Source of the DNA: a virus
Lineage: Duplodnaviria > Caudoviricetes
Direction: 5' to 3' (one strand)
Length of the DNA: 37,985 bases
IMG/VR virus record: IMGVR_UViG_3300044878_000229
Coordinates: 1 to 37,985 of that record
Positions within the stretch are counted from its first letter, which is position 1; every line of letters starts with the position of its first letter. A program made the position numbers and the translations under genes. This document shows, in pieces, positions 17,884 through 26,821 of this stretch. Below the pieces are notes generated by a model. That model ran no database searches. It had not been told where the DNA came from and saw only the letters and a program-made list of their open reading frames with translations.

Positions 17884-18713
17884 TGGCGACCACCACGAAA
17901 GCCCCGAGCCCGGCCGACCTCAAGGCCATCTTCGGCCTTGAGCCGGAAAACGCCATGGCCTACCTGAAGTCCAAAGGTTACGCGATCACCTGGAACTGGC
18001 AGGAAATGCTCGACCAGGCGCACGATCAATCCTTCACTGTGGCCAAGGCCATGCGCCTTGATCTGCTGTCGGACATTCGTGGCGCCCTGGAAACCGCATT
18101 GCAGGATGGTCAGACCCTCAAGCAATTCATTGCCTCGTTGCAGCCCACCCTGGAATCCCAGGGCTGGTGGGGTCAACAGGTCATTGTCGACAGTGAGGGT
18201 GTCGGTGAGCTGGTCCAGTTGGGCAGCCCGCGTCGTCTCAGGACGATCTATCAGACCAACCTACAGAGCGCGTACATGGCCGGCCGCAAGGCCAGCATGG
18301 AAGAAACCACCGACACCCATCCGTACTGGATGTACATCGCCATCTTGGACGGCAAGACCCGGCCGAGCCACCGGGCGCTGCACGGTCAAGTGTTCCGTCA
18401 CGATGACCCGATCTGGGCGGCGATCTTCCCTCCCAATGGTTTCAATTGTCGCTGCCGTGTTGTCGCCTTGAGCGAAGCCGCAGTGAAGCGTCGGGGCTTG
18501 AAGGTCGTTTCGAGCGAAGGCCGTATGTTCACCGAGACAGTGGAGACCGGTACCGACAAACGTACGGGCGAGATCAGAACTGCTCCAGTCACCGGCATCC
18601 GTACAACTGATGCGGCAGGCAAAGCCATCACATTTCGCACCGATCCTGGTTTCAACCACGCACCAGGTACTGGCCTTGCCGACATGCTCAAACGCAAACA
18701 GGCGTCCGCTTAG
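17883..18713 (+). CDS. Head morphogenesis protein (Mu gpF-like)
   Basis: RLRTIYQTN..SAYMAG, DGKTRPSH, PPNGFNCRC. Confidence 0.92.
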   Translation: MATTTKAPSPADLKAIFGLEPENAMAYLKSKGYAITWNWQEMLDQAHDQSFTVAKAMRLDLLSDIRGALETALQDGQTLKQFIASLQPTLESQGWWGQQVIVDSEGVGELVQLGSPRRLRTIYQTNLQSAYMAGRKASMEETTDTHPYWMYIAILDGKTRPSHRALHGQVFRHDDPIWAAIFPPNGFNCRCRVVALSEAAVKRRGLKVVSSEGRMFTETVETGTDKRTGEIRTAPVTGIRTTDAAGKAITFRTDPGFNHAPGTGLADMLKRKQASA

Positions 18714-18722
18714 GAGGTTTTA

Positions 18723-19199
18723 ATGTTCACCGTCGAACTGGACCACCAACGTTTACAGACCGCCTTGCGTAAAGTTGAGTGGGCTGTGGGTGACCTCGCG
18801 CCACTGATGCGCGGCATCGCTGCTGAGCTAGGCAGCCAGACTGAGGAAAACTTCGAAGAGGAAGGTCGCCCGGATTGGGCCGACCTGTCCGATGTCACCA
18901 CCACACGCCGCGAAAAAAACGGCAACTGGCCAGGCCAGATGCTTCAGGTCAGTGCGGCTGGCCTGGCGGCTTCGGTCACCACAAACGCAACCGATAGCTC
19001 AGCGCTGGTCGGCAGCAACAAACCCTATGCGGCGATGATGCAGTTCGGTGGCGACAAGTCGGACTTCCCTCATCTATGGGGTGACATTCCAGGTCGGCCA
19101 TACTTGCCGATGAACGCCGAGGGTGAGCTGCAGCCCGAGACAGAGGACGCCATACTGGAACTCGCCATGAGTCACCTGGAAAAAGCCGCTCGCCTGTAA
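18723..19199 (+). CDS. Virion morphogenesis protein (Mu gpG-like)
   Basis: VGSNKPYAAMMQFGG, IPGRPYLP. Confidence 0.88.
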   Translation: MFTVELDHQRLQTALRKVEWAVGDLAPLMRGIAAELGSQTEENFEEEGRPDWADLSDVTTTRREKNGNWPGQMLQVSAAGLAASVTTNATDSSALVGSNKPYAAMMQFGGDKSDFPHLWGDIPGRPYLPMNAEGELQPETEDAILELAMSHLEKAARL

Positions 19200-19350
19200 G
19201 CCCCTCAGAAGCGCCTGAGCGCGTATGTGGCTGCGGTTCATCGAACCTCACAGGTCAGGATCGTTGTAAAAGCTTTATAAAGCCTTGCCGCCTCACTCCA
19301 ACCACACTACGCGGGTGCCAATCGCACCTCGACCGCATCAAGCCTCCCGC
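19200..19350. other. Candidate central strong gyrase site region
   Basis: Intergenic gap between G and I genes close to the prophage midpoint (19534); palindrome GCTTTATAAAGC at 19272-19283. Confidence 0.5.
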
Positions 19351-19354
19351 AGCA

Positions 19355-19401
19355 CTCTTTAAACTCGATTAAAAGTCCTGGGCCAGTCATTGGCTCAGGC
19401 T
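19355..19401 (+). promoter_or_regulatory. Late promoter 2 (protease/capsid operon)
   Basis: Same 21-mer, 20-nt spacer, CAGGCT. Confidence 0.8.
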
Positions 19402-19434
19402 GTGCGTATCACCTTCAACCGAAGCGCACAGCCC

Positions 19435-20541
19435 ATGAAGCCACTCCACATTTTTAAGCCAGGTACGCACGTCACTATGAGCGGCGCGAGTATCACGTTC
19501 GGCGAGTCCGACTTGGCCGCCACCGTGCTCGCCTACGATCCAGCCTTGCACGAAGCCCCTCTGGTCATTGGCCATCCCAAGCACGATGCCCCAGCCGCTG
19601 GATGGGTTAAGTCGTTGTCGGCATCCGCGCAGGGGCTGATGGCCGAAACACAACAAGTCGATGTTGCGTTCGCTGAACTTGTGAGCAAGGGCAGCTACAA
19701 GAAAATCTCCGCCTCCTTCTATCACCCTGATGCCGCCAACAACCCGGTACCGGGCGTGTACTACCTGCGCCACGTCGGCTTCCTCGGTGCGCAACCGCCA
19801 TCCGTGAAAGGCCTGCGCCCCATCGAGCTGGCCGAGGACGAGGAAGGCGTCATCGAATTTGGCGACTTCGGCGACAGCATCACGGCCGGCGTCTTTCGTC
19901 GCCTGCGCGAATGGCTCATTGGCCAGTTCGGTCAGGAAGCAGCTGACCAGGTAGTACCTGGTTGGGACGTGGACAACCTGGCCGCCGAAGCGCTTCGCGA
20001 CGATGTCCGCCCCTCATTCACCGAACCAACCCAGCCCCAAAAAACCATCATCGAGGAACATACCGTGAGCCCAACGGAACAAGCCGCCCTGACGGCGGAA
20101 AACAAGCGCCTCCAAACCGCGCTGGATACGCACCTGGCCCAGCAGCGGCAGGATCAGGCCGATCAACGTCATACCAAGAATCTGGCTTTCGCTGAAGAGC
20201 TGGTCGGTGCGGGCAAGCTGCTGCCCAAACACGCTGCCGCCTTGATTGCCGCCCTGGACTTCGCCGAAGCCGGCGATGAGCCGCTGGAATTCGGCGAAGG
20301 CAAAGATCGCAAGCCGGTCATCGAAGGGCTCAAGGCGATCTTCGACGACCTGCCGGCACAGATCGATTTTGCCGAGCAGGCGAGCAAAGGCCGTCAAGGC
20401 GACCTCAACGTCAGCGTCGATCTGGAGTTCGCCGAGAAGAACACCGATCCGGATCGCTTGAGCCTGCACAACCGTGCAAGTGCTTTGGCCGCTGACAAAA
20501 ACATTCCCTACGAGTCGGCGGTTCGCCAGCTCATCAAGTAA
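19435..20541 (+). CDS. Capsid maturation protease/scaffold (Mu gpI-like)
   Basis: HIFKPGTH, APLVIGHP, YKKISASFY, YLRHVGFLGAQPPSVKGL. Confidence 0.88.
   Translation: MKPLHIFKPGTHVTMSGASITFGESDLAATVLAYDPALHEAPLVIGHPKHDAPAAGWVKSLSASAQGLMAETQQVDVAFAELVSKGSYKKISASFYHPDAANNPVPGVYYLRHVGFLGAQPPSVKGLRPIELAEDEEGVIEFGDFGDSITAGVFRRLREWLIGQFGQEAADQVVPGWDVDNLAAEALRDDVRPSFTEPTQPQKTIIEEHTVSPTEQAALTAENKRLQTALDTHLAQQRQDQADQRHTKNLAFAEELVGAGKLLPKHAAALIAALDFAEAGDEPLEFGEGKDRKPVIEGLKAIFDDLPAQIDFAEQASKGRQGDLNVSVDLEFAEKNTDPDRLSLHNRASALAADKNIPYESAVRQLIK
20065..20541 (+). CDS. Internal in-frame scaffolding protein (Mu gpZ-like)
   Basis: GAGGA 7 nt before an in-frame GTG that starts the coiled-coil region. Confidence 0.6.
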   Translation: MSPTEQAALTAENKRLQTALDTHLAQQRQDQADQRHTKNLAFAEELVGAGKLLPKHAAALIAALDFAEAGDEPLEFGEGKDRKPVIEGLKAIFDDLPAQIDFAEQASKGRQGDLNVSVDLEFAEKNTDPDRLSLHNRASALAADKNIPYESAVRQLIK

Positions 20542-20553
20542 TAAGGAGTCATC

Positions 20554-21477
20554 ATGGCTGACCGTTTGAGCAAACTGCGGATCGTAGATCCGGTCCTCAC
20601 CAACCTGGCGCGGGGCTATCGGAACGCCCAGTACATCGGCGAGGGGTTGTTTCCCATCGCTCTGATGGACAAGGAAGCCGGGGTTGTTCCGCTGTTCGGT
20701 AAGGAGGCTTTCGAGGTCTACGATACCGAGCGGGCTATCCGTGCCCAGTCCAACATCATGACCCCAGATGATACGGACGGCCTGGACGTGGTGCTCCGCG
20801 AGCATGACCTCGCTTATCCCGTGGACTACCGCGAGAAAAACGAATCCATGTTCGACGCCGAGGCACGAGCCTCTCGCCGCGTCGTCAACGCCATCGATCT
20901 GCGCCGCGAGGTGGCCTGCGCCAAGCTCGCGCAAAATCCTGCCACCTTCCTGGCCGGCGCCAAGGTCACCCTGGCTGGTTCCAGCCAATGGAGCAATGGC
21001 GGTGGTGATCCCATCGCAGTGGTTGAGCAAGGCAAGGAAGTGGTGCGCAGCCGAATCGGTATTCGCCCCAACACCATGACCATGGGCGCCTCGGTATATC
21101 AGTCGCTGAAGTTCCACCCAAAGCTGCAGGACGCCCTCGGCTCCACCGAGCGCAAGCTGATCACCGTTGAGCACCTGAAAGCCCTGTTCGGTATCGAGAA
21201 CGTCTTGATCGGCGAGTCCTTGGCCGGTTCGGTCAATACCTCCGACATCTGGAGCGATAACCTGACCCTGGCTTATGTGGCCCAACCTGCGGCTGGCGCC
21301 CAGACCGACTACGACGAGCCGAGCTTCGGCTACACCCTGCGTCGTAAGGGGATGCCCGAGATCGATACTTATGACGGTTCGGGCGGCAAGGTGCGCTTCG
21401 TTCGTAACACCGACATCTATAAGCCCGTGGTTGTGGGCTCGGATGCTGGTTACCTGATCTCCGACATCAACGGCTGA
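20554..21477 (+). CDS. Major capsid protein
   Basis: 307 aa after the protease; DPVLTNLARGY and PSFGYT motifs; strong AAGGAG ribosome site. Confidence 0.88.
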   Translation: MADRLSKLRIVDPVLTNLARGYRNAQYIGEGLFPIALMDKEAGVVPLFGKEAFEVYDTERAIRAQSNIMTPDDTDGLDVVLREHDLAYPVDYREKNESMFDAEARASRRVVNAIDLRREVACAKLAQNPATFLAGAKVTLAGSSQWSNGGGDPIAVVEQGKEVVRSRIGIRPNTMTMGASVYQSLKFHPKLQDALGSTERKLITVEHLKALFGIENVLIGESLAGSVNTSDIWSDNLTLAYVAQPAAGAQTDYDEPSFGYTLRRKGMPEIDTYDGSGGKVRFVRNTDIYKPVVVGSDAGYLISDING

Positions 21478-21484
21478 GGTTCCC

Positions 21485-21892
21485 ATGGCAGATAAGAAGA
21501 CAGAGCAAGACCAGGGCGGCACTTCAGGAAAGGCCGCTGATGTGGCTCAGGGTGATGTCAACCAAACCGCTGCTGCGGCACCAGCTGCTGCAGTACCTCC
21601 GCAGGCAGTCCCCGCAGCAACGAGCGAACAGGTCAGCGATCAGGCTACACCTGCTGCTCCTGCTGCTCCGGCAATCCCGCCACCAAGCGCACTGGCCGCT
21701 GATGCCGCGGCGGCTGCGCCTGGTGATGTCACGGGCACGCCGGAACTGCCTGGCTACCTGGTGACCGAGGTGTCGTCCGTGCTGCATGACGGCACCTGGT
21801 ATCACCAGGGTGACGAAATTTTCTTGAGCGATAAGGAGGCGAATCCTCTGTTGCGAAGCCGAATTATCGAACCGTCCTGGAGCAAAAAATGA
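21485..21892 (+). CDS. Ala/Pro-rich head-associated hypothetical protein
   Basis: Low-complexity N-terminus with a small C-terminal domain (VLHDGTWYHQGDEI.L). Confidence 0.7.
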   Translation: MADKKTEQDQGGTSGKAADVAQGDVNQTAAAAPAAAVPPQAVPAATSEQVSDQATPAAPAAPAIPPPSALAADAAAAAPGDVTGTPELPGYLVTEVSSVLHDGTWYHQGDEIFLSDKEANPLLRSRIIEPSWSKK

Positions 21893-22221
21893 AGACTCAA
21901 CAACCTGTTCTCATCACTTCGGTCGTGGCCGTGGTCGACTTGCCACGTAACCGCTTCGCTGGTTTCTCTGGCGCCTTGTGCGCTGCCGGTGCCAAGGCAC
22001 TGGGCACGGTCCAAGCAGACACCGAAGCCGACAACGTGGCTCCTGTAAGTGTCCTGGGCATCTGCCTGATCACTGCCGGTGCTGCTGTGGCGGTCGGTGC
22101 AGCGGTCGAGTCTGATGCGTCGGGTCGAGCAGTGACGCTCGCTGCAGGTGCGTCGAACGGCATCGCCCTAGATGCTGCGACTGCAGTGGGTGATGTCATC
22201 CGCATCGTTCGAGGCATCTGA
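21889..22221 (+). CDS. Capsid cement/decoration protein (DUF2190-like)
   Basis: Small Ala/Gly/Val-rich protein with GIALDAATAVGDVIRI. Confidence 0.78.
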   Translation: MKTQQPVLITSVVAVVDLPRNRFAGFSGALCAAGAKALGTVQADTEADNVAPVSVLGICLITAGAAVAVGAAVESDASGRAVTLAAGASNGIALDAATAVGDVIRIVRGI

Positions 22222-22229
22222 GGTCGACC

Positions 22230-22661
22230 ATGCGCTACTGCACTCGCGCCGATATCGGCAACGCTATCCCTGAAATGACGCTGATACAGCTCTCCAATGA
22301 TGATCCAGCTGCGGAGTCACCGAATGAAAGCGTCATCGAGGACAGCGTCCGTCAGGCTGAGGAACTGGTCGATGGCTATCTTCGTGGTCGCTACGACTTG
22401 CCACTCGACCCTGTGCCGACTGTGTTGCGTGATGCAGTGGTGTACCTGGCGCGGCACTGGTTGTATCAGCGCCGTCCAGAAGGCGCATTGCCCGATGCGG
22501 TGAAGGACAACCGCAAGGACACCATCAAGCTCCTAGAAAGCATCCGCGATGGCGTAGTCACCTTGGGCATGCCCGGTGGCCAGGCCGCGCCAGAGCCCGG
22601 TGAAATCCGTGTTCGCGCACGCCGCCAGCAGTTCGGCGGTGATCTCTGGGAGCGTTACTGA
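22230..22661 (+). CDS. Head-tail adaptor (DUF1320 / Mu gp36-like)
   Basis: MRYCT, VDGYLRGRYDLPL, LARHWLYQRR. Confidence 0.88.
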   Translation: MRYCTRADIGNAIPEMTLIQLSNDDPAAESPNESVIEDSVRQAEELVDGYLRGRYDLPLDPVPTVLRDAVVYLARHWLYQRRPEGALPDAVKDNRKDTIKLLESIRDGVVTLGMPGGQAAPEPGEIRVRARRQQFGGDLWERY

Positions 22662-23149
22662 TGAGCGGAGCCACGCCAAAAACTCAAACCGAACAGCTAC
22701 TCGATGCCATGCGTGCCCGACTGCAGGAACAGTTCGGGCAGTCGTTGATGGTCGAGCTGTTCCCCGAGAACCCAGCGGGGTATCGCCTCAACCATCCGCG
22801 TGGGGCGATCTTGCTGGCTTACGGGAAATCGACCTTCGGTGGATCCGAAGCCGGCGACGCAATGTTCCAGGCACGCAACATCGTCATTCGGTTGACCCTG
22901 GTGTTTCGTCAGCTCAATGGCAAGGACGGTGTGATCAGTTACCTCGACCAGATCCGCACTTGCCTTACTGGCTGGTTTGCACCGCATTGCGATCAGGCAT
23001 GCCGTCCAGTTGCCGAGCAGTTCATCGGCCAAATGAGTGGGCTCTGGCAGTACGGCCAGGACTTCTCGGTACGAGCCACTCAGGTGCAAGCCTCATTCCC
23101 AAGCGGTCCGCCGTTATCACCCAACCTCCAATATGAAGAACCACTATGA
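22661..23149 (+). CDS. Gp37-family neck/tail-completion protein
   Basis: VELFPENPAGYRLNHPRGAILLAY; synteny. Confidence 0.78.
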   Translation: MSGATPKTQTEQLLDAMRARLQEQFGQSLMVELFPENPAGYRLNHPRGAILLAYGKSTFGGSEAGDAMFQARNIVIRLTLVFRQLNGKDGVISYLDQIRTCLTGWFAPHCDQACRPVAEQFIGQMSGLWQYGQDFSVRATQVQASFPSGPPLSPNLQYEEPL

Positions 23150-23379
23150 ACCTTACCCGCTACACCTACACCGGGCCGCAAAGCGCGGCCTCCCTGCGGG
23201 TAGGCGATACCCGCGAATTGCTTGAAGTGCAACTGCTCCCTGGAAAGCCCGTCGAGCTGCCGGCCGATCATGAGTACACCTTGGTGTTGTTGGAACTTAA
23301 GCACCTGGTGCTGTTGCCGTCAGCTGAGAAGCCTACCGGCAAGAAAGCAGCCACATCCAAGACAACTGAACAGGAGTGA
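23146..23379 (+). CDS. Hypothetical protein preceding the tail sheath
   Basis: 77 aa, ATGA coupling. Confidence 0.7.
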   Translation: MNLTRYTYTGPQSAASLRVGDTRELLEVQLLPGKPVELPADHEYTLVLLELKHLVLLPSAEKPTGKKAATSKTTEQE

Positions 23380-23385
23380 CGCTTG

Positions 23386-24810
23386 ATGCCAGCTAACTTT
23401 TTGCACGGTATTGAAACCACCGAGGTCGAGCGTGGCCCTCGGGCCATTCGGGTGGTCAAGTCGGCGGTGATCGCCCTGGTGGGCACGGCGCCTATCGGCC
23501 CGGTTAATGAGCTGACCTTGTGCTTGAACGATGGGGACGCTGCTCAATTCGGCGCGCATCTCACCGGCTTCAGTATTCCAGAAGCCCTGGAGGGCATTTA
23601 CGACTTCGGCGCGGGTACCGTGCTGGTGGTCAACGTGCTCGATCCGGCCATCCACCGTACCAATGTCGCTGACCAAGTGAAGCAATTCGGGGATAACGAC
23701 TTGCTGCAACTGGAGCACGGCGCGTTGCAGCTGCTGCAACTGAAATCTGCGGATGGTGAGACCCCGTACGTTCTCGACACCGACTACACGGTGACCATGC
23801 TTACCGGTCGTGTGAAGCGCTTGGCGACAGGAAGCATCCCTGCCAATGGTCAAGTAAAAGCCAGCTATACCCATGCCGATCCGAGCAAGGTCACGCCCGC
23901 CGATATCATCGGTGGCGTCACCGTCGCCGAACGCCGCACGGGTTTGAAGGCCTTCCAGGACAGCTACAACCTGCTGGGCTTTTTCCCGAAGATCTTCATT
24001 GCACCAGGCTTCAGCACGTTGAATTCGGTGAGTGTCGATTTGATCGCCTCGGCTACTCAGGTCGGTGCTGTTGCCTACATTGATGCACCTATTGGCACCA
24101 CGGTGCAGCAGGTGATTACGGGGCGCGGGCCGGCCGGTGCAATCAACTTCAATACCAGCAGCGACCGCGTGCGTCTGTGCTATCCGCATGTGAAGGTGTA
24201 TGACGCACCTACCAATGGTGAGCGTCTGCAGCCGCTATCGATCCGCGCAGCCGGTCTTCGGGCCAAAGTCGACAACGACAAGGGCTACTGGTGGAGCAGC
24301 TCTAACCAGGAGCTGGTTGGCGTGATTGGTCTGGAGCGGCCATTGACCGCTCGCGTCGACGATGCGAGCAGCGAGGTCAACCTGCTCAACGAAAACGGCA
24401 TCACCACGGTCTTCAACTCCTTCGGGACCGGGCTGCGTTTGTGGGGCAACCGCACTGCCGCCTGGCCGACCGTGACGCACATGCGCAACTTCGAAAACGT
24501 ACGGCGTACCAAGGACGTCGTGGACGAGTCGATTCGTTACAGCTCGCTGCAGTTCGTTGACCAGCCGATCACCAGTTCGCTGATCACCAGCATCACGGAA
24601 AGCGTCAACCTGTTCATGCGCAAGTTGATCGGTGACGGCGCATTGATCGGTGGCGAGTGCTGGTATGACCCTGCACGCAACCCACAGACTGAGCTGGAAC
24701 TGGGCCATGCCCTGTTCAACTACAAACTGACGGTACCGCTGCCATTCGAACGCGGCACCTTTGAAACCGAAATTACCGGGGAATACCTGGTCAACTTGGG
24801 AGCCGCATAA
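23386..24810 (+). CDS. Tail sheath protein (P2 FI-like)
   Basis: FLHGIET.E, AVIALVGTAP, GLRLWGNRT, FENVRRT. Confidence 0.93.
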   Translation: MPANFLHGIETTEVERGPRAIRVVKSAVIALVGTAPIGPVNELTLCLNDGDAAQFGAHLTGFSIPEALEGIYDFGAGTVLVVNVLDPAIHRTNVADQVKQFGDNDLLQLEHGALQLLQLKSADGETPYVLDTDYTVTMLTGRVKRLATGSIPANGQVKASYTHADPSKVTPADIIGGVTVAERRTGLKAFQDSYNLLGFFPKIFIAPGFSTLNSVSVDLIASATQVGAVAYIDAPIGTTVQQVITGRGPAGAINFNTSSDRVRLCYPHVKVYDAPTNGERLQPLSIRAAGLRAKVDNDKGYWWSSSNQELVGVIGLERPLTARVDDASSEVNLLNENGITTVFNSFGTGLRLWGNRTAAWPTVTHMRNFENVRRTKDVVDESIRYSSLQFVDQPITSSLITSITESVNLFMRKLIGDGALIGGECWYDPARNPQTELELGHALFNYKLTVPLPFERGTFETEITGEYLVNLGAA

Positions 24811-25335
24811 ATGGCAGGTTTTAGTGCACACCGCGTTTCCAACGCAGCCATCTATCTTGATGGTGCGAGCTTCTTCGGCCGCGCCGAAGAGGTCGACCTG
24901 GGCTCAATCAAAACTGTGACTAGCGACTTTCAGGGGCTGGGTATGGTTGGCCTGATCGAACTGCCTGACGGGATCGATAAACTGGAAGGCAAGATCACTT
25001 GGAACAGCGTGTATTACGACGCTGCAGTCAAGTTGGTCACCCCGTTCAAAAGTGTACAGCTGCAGTGCCGCTCCAACGTCCAGGTCTTCAACAACGGCGG
25101 TCTGGTCGACGAGATCGCGCTGGTCACAATGATGACCATTACCGGCAAGGAGTATCAGTTGGGGAGCCACAAACCGCGAGACCCAACCAAGTACGAGACA
25201 CCATTCTCGGCGACGTATGTCCGGCAGGTACTCGATGGGCAAGAGGTGGTTTTGCTGGATTACCTGGCCAACATCTTCCGCGTGGGCGGTGAGGATCAGT
25301 TGGCCAAGTACAGGCAGAACATCGGGCAGGCGTGA
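24811..25335 (+). CDS. Tail tube protein (P2 FII-like)
   Basis: GMVGLIELPDGIDKLE, IFRVGGEDQL; follows the sheath gene. Confidence 0.9.
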   Translation: MAGFSAHRVSNAAIYLDGASFFGRAEEVDLGSIKTVTSDFQGLGMVGLIELPDGIDKLEGKITWNSVYYDAAVKLVTPFKSVQLQCRSNVQVFNNGGLVDEIALVTMMTITGKEYQLGSHKPRDPTKYETPFSATYVRQVLDGQEVVLLDYLANIFRVGGEDQLAKYRQNIGQA

Positions 25336-25336
25336 G

Positions 25337-25780
25337 TTAGCCAGGAAGGCCGAAGTGATTGGATACGAACTTAACGCCAATGGATAGCGCTTGTCCGGCG
25401 AGGTCGCCGACCAAGCCTTTGGCGCCTGTCTTGGTCGCATCGACCAATTGATCACCAAGGCTTGAATCGGTGCTGAGGCTATTAGGGGTTGCCTTCAGCA
25501 CCTCAAGACCCTTGGCGGTGAGAACCGCCTCTGTGTAACCAGTTGCTTGAACCTTGTCTGTGAAACGCAGATAGCCCGATTCGGCTAGCCAGTCGATACA
25601 GGCAAAAAGGAACTCACCGTTTTCATTGGGGATCTCGTATCCCAAAAAATCATTGAATGTAAAGCCATCAGGTGTGAGGTCTTTCAGCAGCAGGTGACGC
25701 GGCACCGGAAAGCTCTCATACAACACACCGAGTATCTGCCCGGTGAATTCGTCGAATCGTTTGATATTGGAGATGGTCAT
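25337..25780 (-). CDS. Antisense moron, winged-helix-like hypothetical protein
   Basis: AGGAG ribosome site; FDEFTGQILGVLYESFP, IDWLAESGYL, VLTAKGLEVL; AT-richer than its neighbours. Confidence 0.8.
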   Translation of the reverse strand: MTISNIKRFDEFTGQILGVLYESFPVPRHLLLKDLTPDGFTFNDFLGYEIPNENGEFLFACIDWLAESGYLRFTDKVQATGYTEAVLTAKGLEVLKATPNSLSTDSSLGDQLVDATKTGAKGLVGDLAGQALSIGVKFVSNHFGLPG

Positions 25781-26015
25781 GTCCTTGACTCCTAAGGAAC
25801 AGAATGTAAGCCCGCAAAGTCGCGATGAAATATTGAGATCCATCGACATGCAGGTCCGTAGAGATATCGATTTTGTAAGGGCGCAACATTACTGGGGCAG
25901 AACGTTGGAAGGAACCCCGAAAGAAGTCCTAGTGGAGGCATTGAGCATGGCCTTGGCAAATGGTCGCTACCAAATGATGCCCCGGTGCCGTTGCCACTGC
26001 TGTCGCCATCAGTAA
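25779..26015 (+). CDS. Small hypothetical protein with a Cys/His-rich C-terminus
   Basis: GGAG 6 nt before ATG; ends CRCHCCRHQ; followed by a terminator. Confidence 0.55.
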   Translation: MSLTPKEQNVSPQSRDEILRSIDMQVRRDIDFVRAQHYWGRTLEGTPKEVLVEALSMALANGRYQMMPRCRCHCCRHQ

Positions 26016-26044
26016 GGGGTTAGCAGCCTGACGCCAAGCAACCC

Positions 26045-26076
26045 GAAGCCCCGCACATCGTGCGGGGCTTCTCTTT
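26045..26076 (+). terminator. Intrinsic terminator hairpin
   Basis: GAAGCCCCGCAC-ATC-GTGCGGGGCTTC followed by TCTTT. Confidence 0.75.
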
Positions 26077-26117
26077 AAACTCGATTAAAAGTCAGCGCCA
26101 CGACCAGGTGCGATGCT
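26071..26117 (+). promoter_or_regulatory. Late promoter 3 (tail chaperone/tape measure operon)
   Basis: Same 21-mer, 20-nt spacer, GATGCT. Confidence 0.8.
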
Positions 26118-26167
26118 CAGGGCTCATTTAGAGCAGTCGATCAGACCGACAACCTGGAGCAGCAAAG

Positions 26168-26482
26168 ATGGCCGAAACTATTAGCTTGACCCTCAAGTTC
26201 CCATTCCAGAGTGCCAGCGGCGAGAAGATCTCGAAGCTGCCTATCAAGCGCCTCAAACGCAAAGACATCAGCGCCGCTCAGGCCGTCACCAAAGACGAAG
26301 CCGGCATGGAAGACATGCTGGTCGCCAAGATGCTGGGCATCACTCTGGAGGACCTCGGTGAGTTCGATATCGCTGACTCTAAGTCAGCCACCGAGGTGTT
26401 GCGGGAAATGTCCAATGGAGGAGACCTTGCTGCAGTCCTGGGACGAGGCGCTGCTGCTGGTGCTGAGGATGCAGCCGTCTGA
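26168..26482 (+). CDS. Tail assembly chaperone (Mu gp41 / P2 E-like)
   Basis: LTLKFPF, IKRLKRKD, EDLGEFDIAD; between tube and tape measure genes. Confidence 0.83.
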   Translation: MAETISLTLKFPFQSASGEKISKLPIKRLKRKDISAAQAVTKDEAGMEDMLVAKMLGITLEDLGEFDIADSKSATEVLREMSNGGDLAAVLGRGAAAGAEDAAV

Positions 26483-26582
26483 GATCGCTCGACTGGAGAT
26501 GGTGGATTACTGGCGTTGGGTCGAAACCTGTAGGCGTGAGATCAATCGTCGCATCGAAGTCGCCGAGCAGATGAAGAGCTAA
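26415..26582 (+). CDS. P2 GpE'-like chaperone extension (overlapping frame)
   Basis: LRMQPSEIARLEMVDYWRW resembles the GpE' motif; frame is +1 relative to the chaperone; start uncertain. Confidence 0.6.
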   Translation: MEETLLQSWDEALLLVLRMQPSEIARLEMVDYWRWVETCRREINRRIEVAEQMKS

Positions 26583-26802
26583 TCATCGCGACCAGCCCGA
26601 CCACCAGCCCCGCCAATAACGCGCCGCTCGCTGCAACAGGGGCGGCTGCCAGGGCCAACAATGGCAGACCGAGACAGAACATCAACACCGCAGCCCACAC
26701 TGGCAGGCTTGTCAGGCAAAGCCAGGCAAGCCAGACCACACCGACGCCGATGGCCAGTGCATAGAGTGTTTTGGCGGTGCGTAAAGCGGTCTTCTCAAAC
26801 AT
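26542..26802 (-). CDS. Antisense moron: small inner-membrane protein
   Basis: 86 aa, almost entirely hydrophobic (2-3 TM), between chaperone and tape measure genes. Confidence 0.65.
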   Translation of the reverse strand: MFEKTALRTAKTLYALAIGVGVVWLAWLCLTSLPVWAAVLMFCLGLPLLALAAAPVAASGALLAGLVVGLVAMISSSSARRLRCDD

Positions 26803-26821
26803 GCTGACAGCGTAGCAAATT

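Noticed and set aside
20014-21522. 502-aa minus-strand ORF
   Set aside because: Antisense shadow of the scaffold and capsid genes in GC-rich DNA, with no recognisable motifs
23320-24831. Long minus-strand ORFs (289 and 198 aa)
   Set aside because: Antisense shadows of the tail sheath gene
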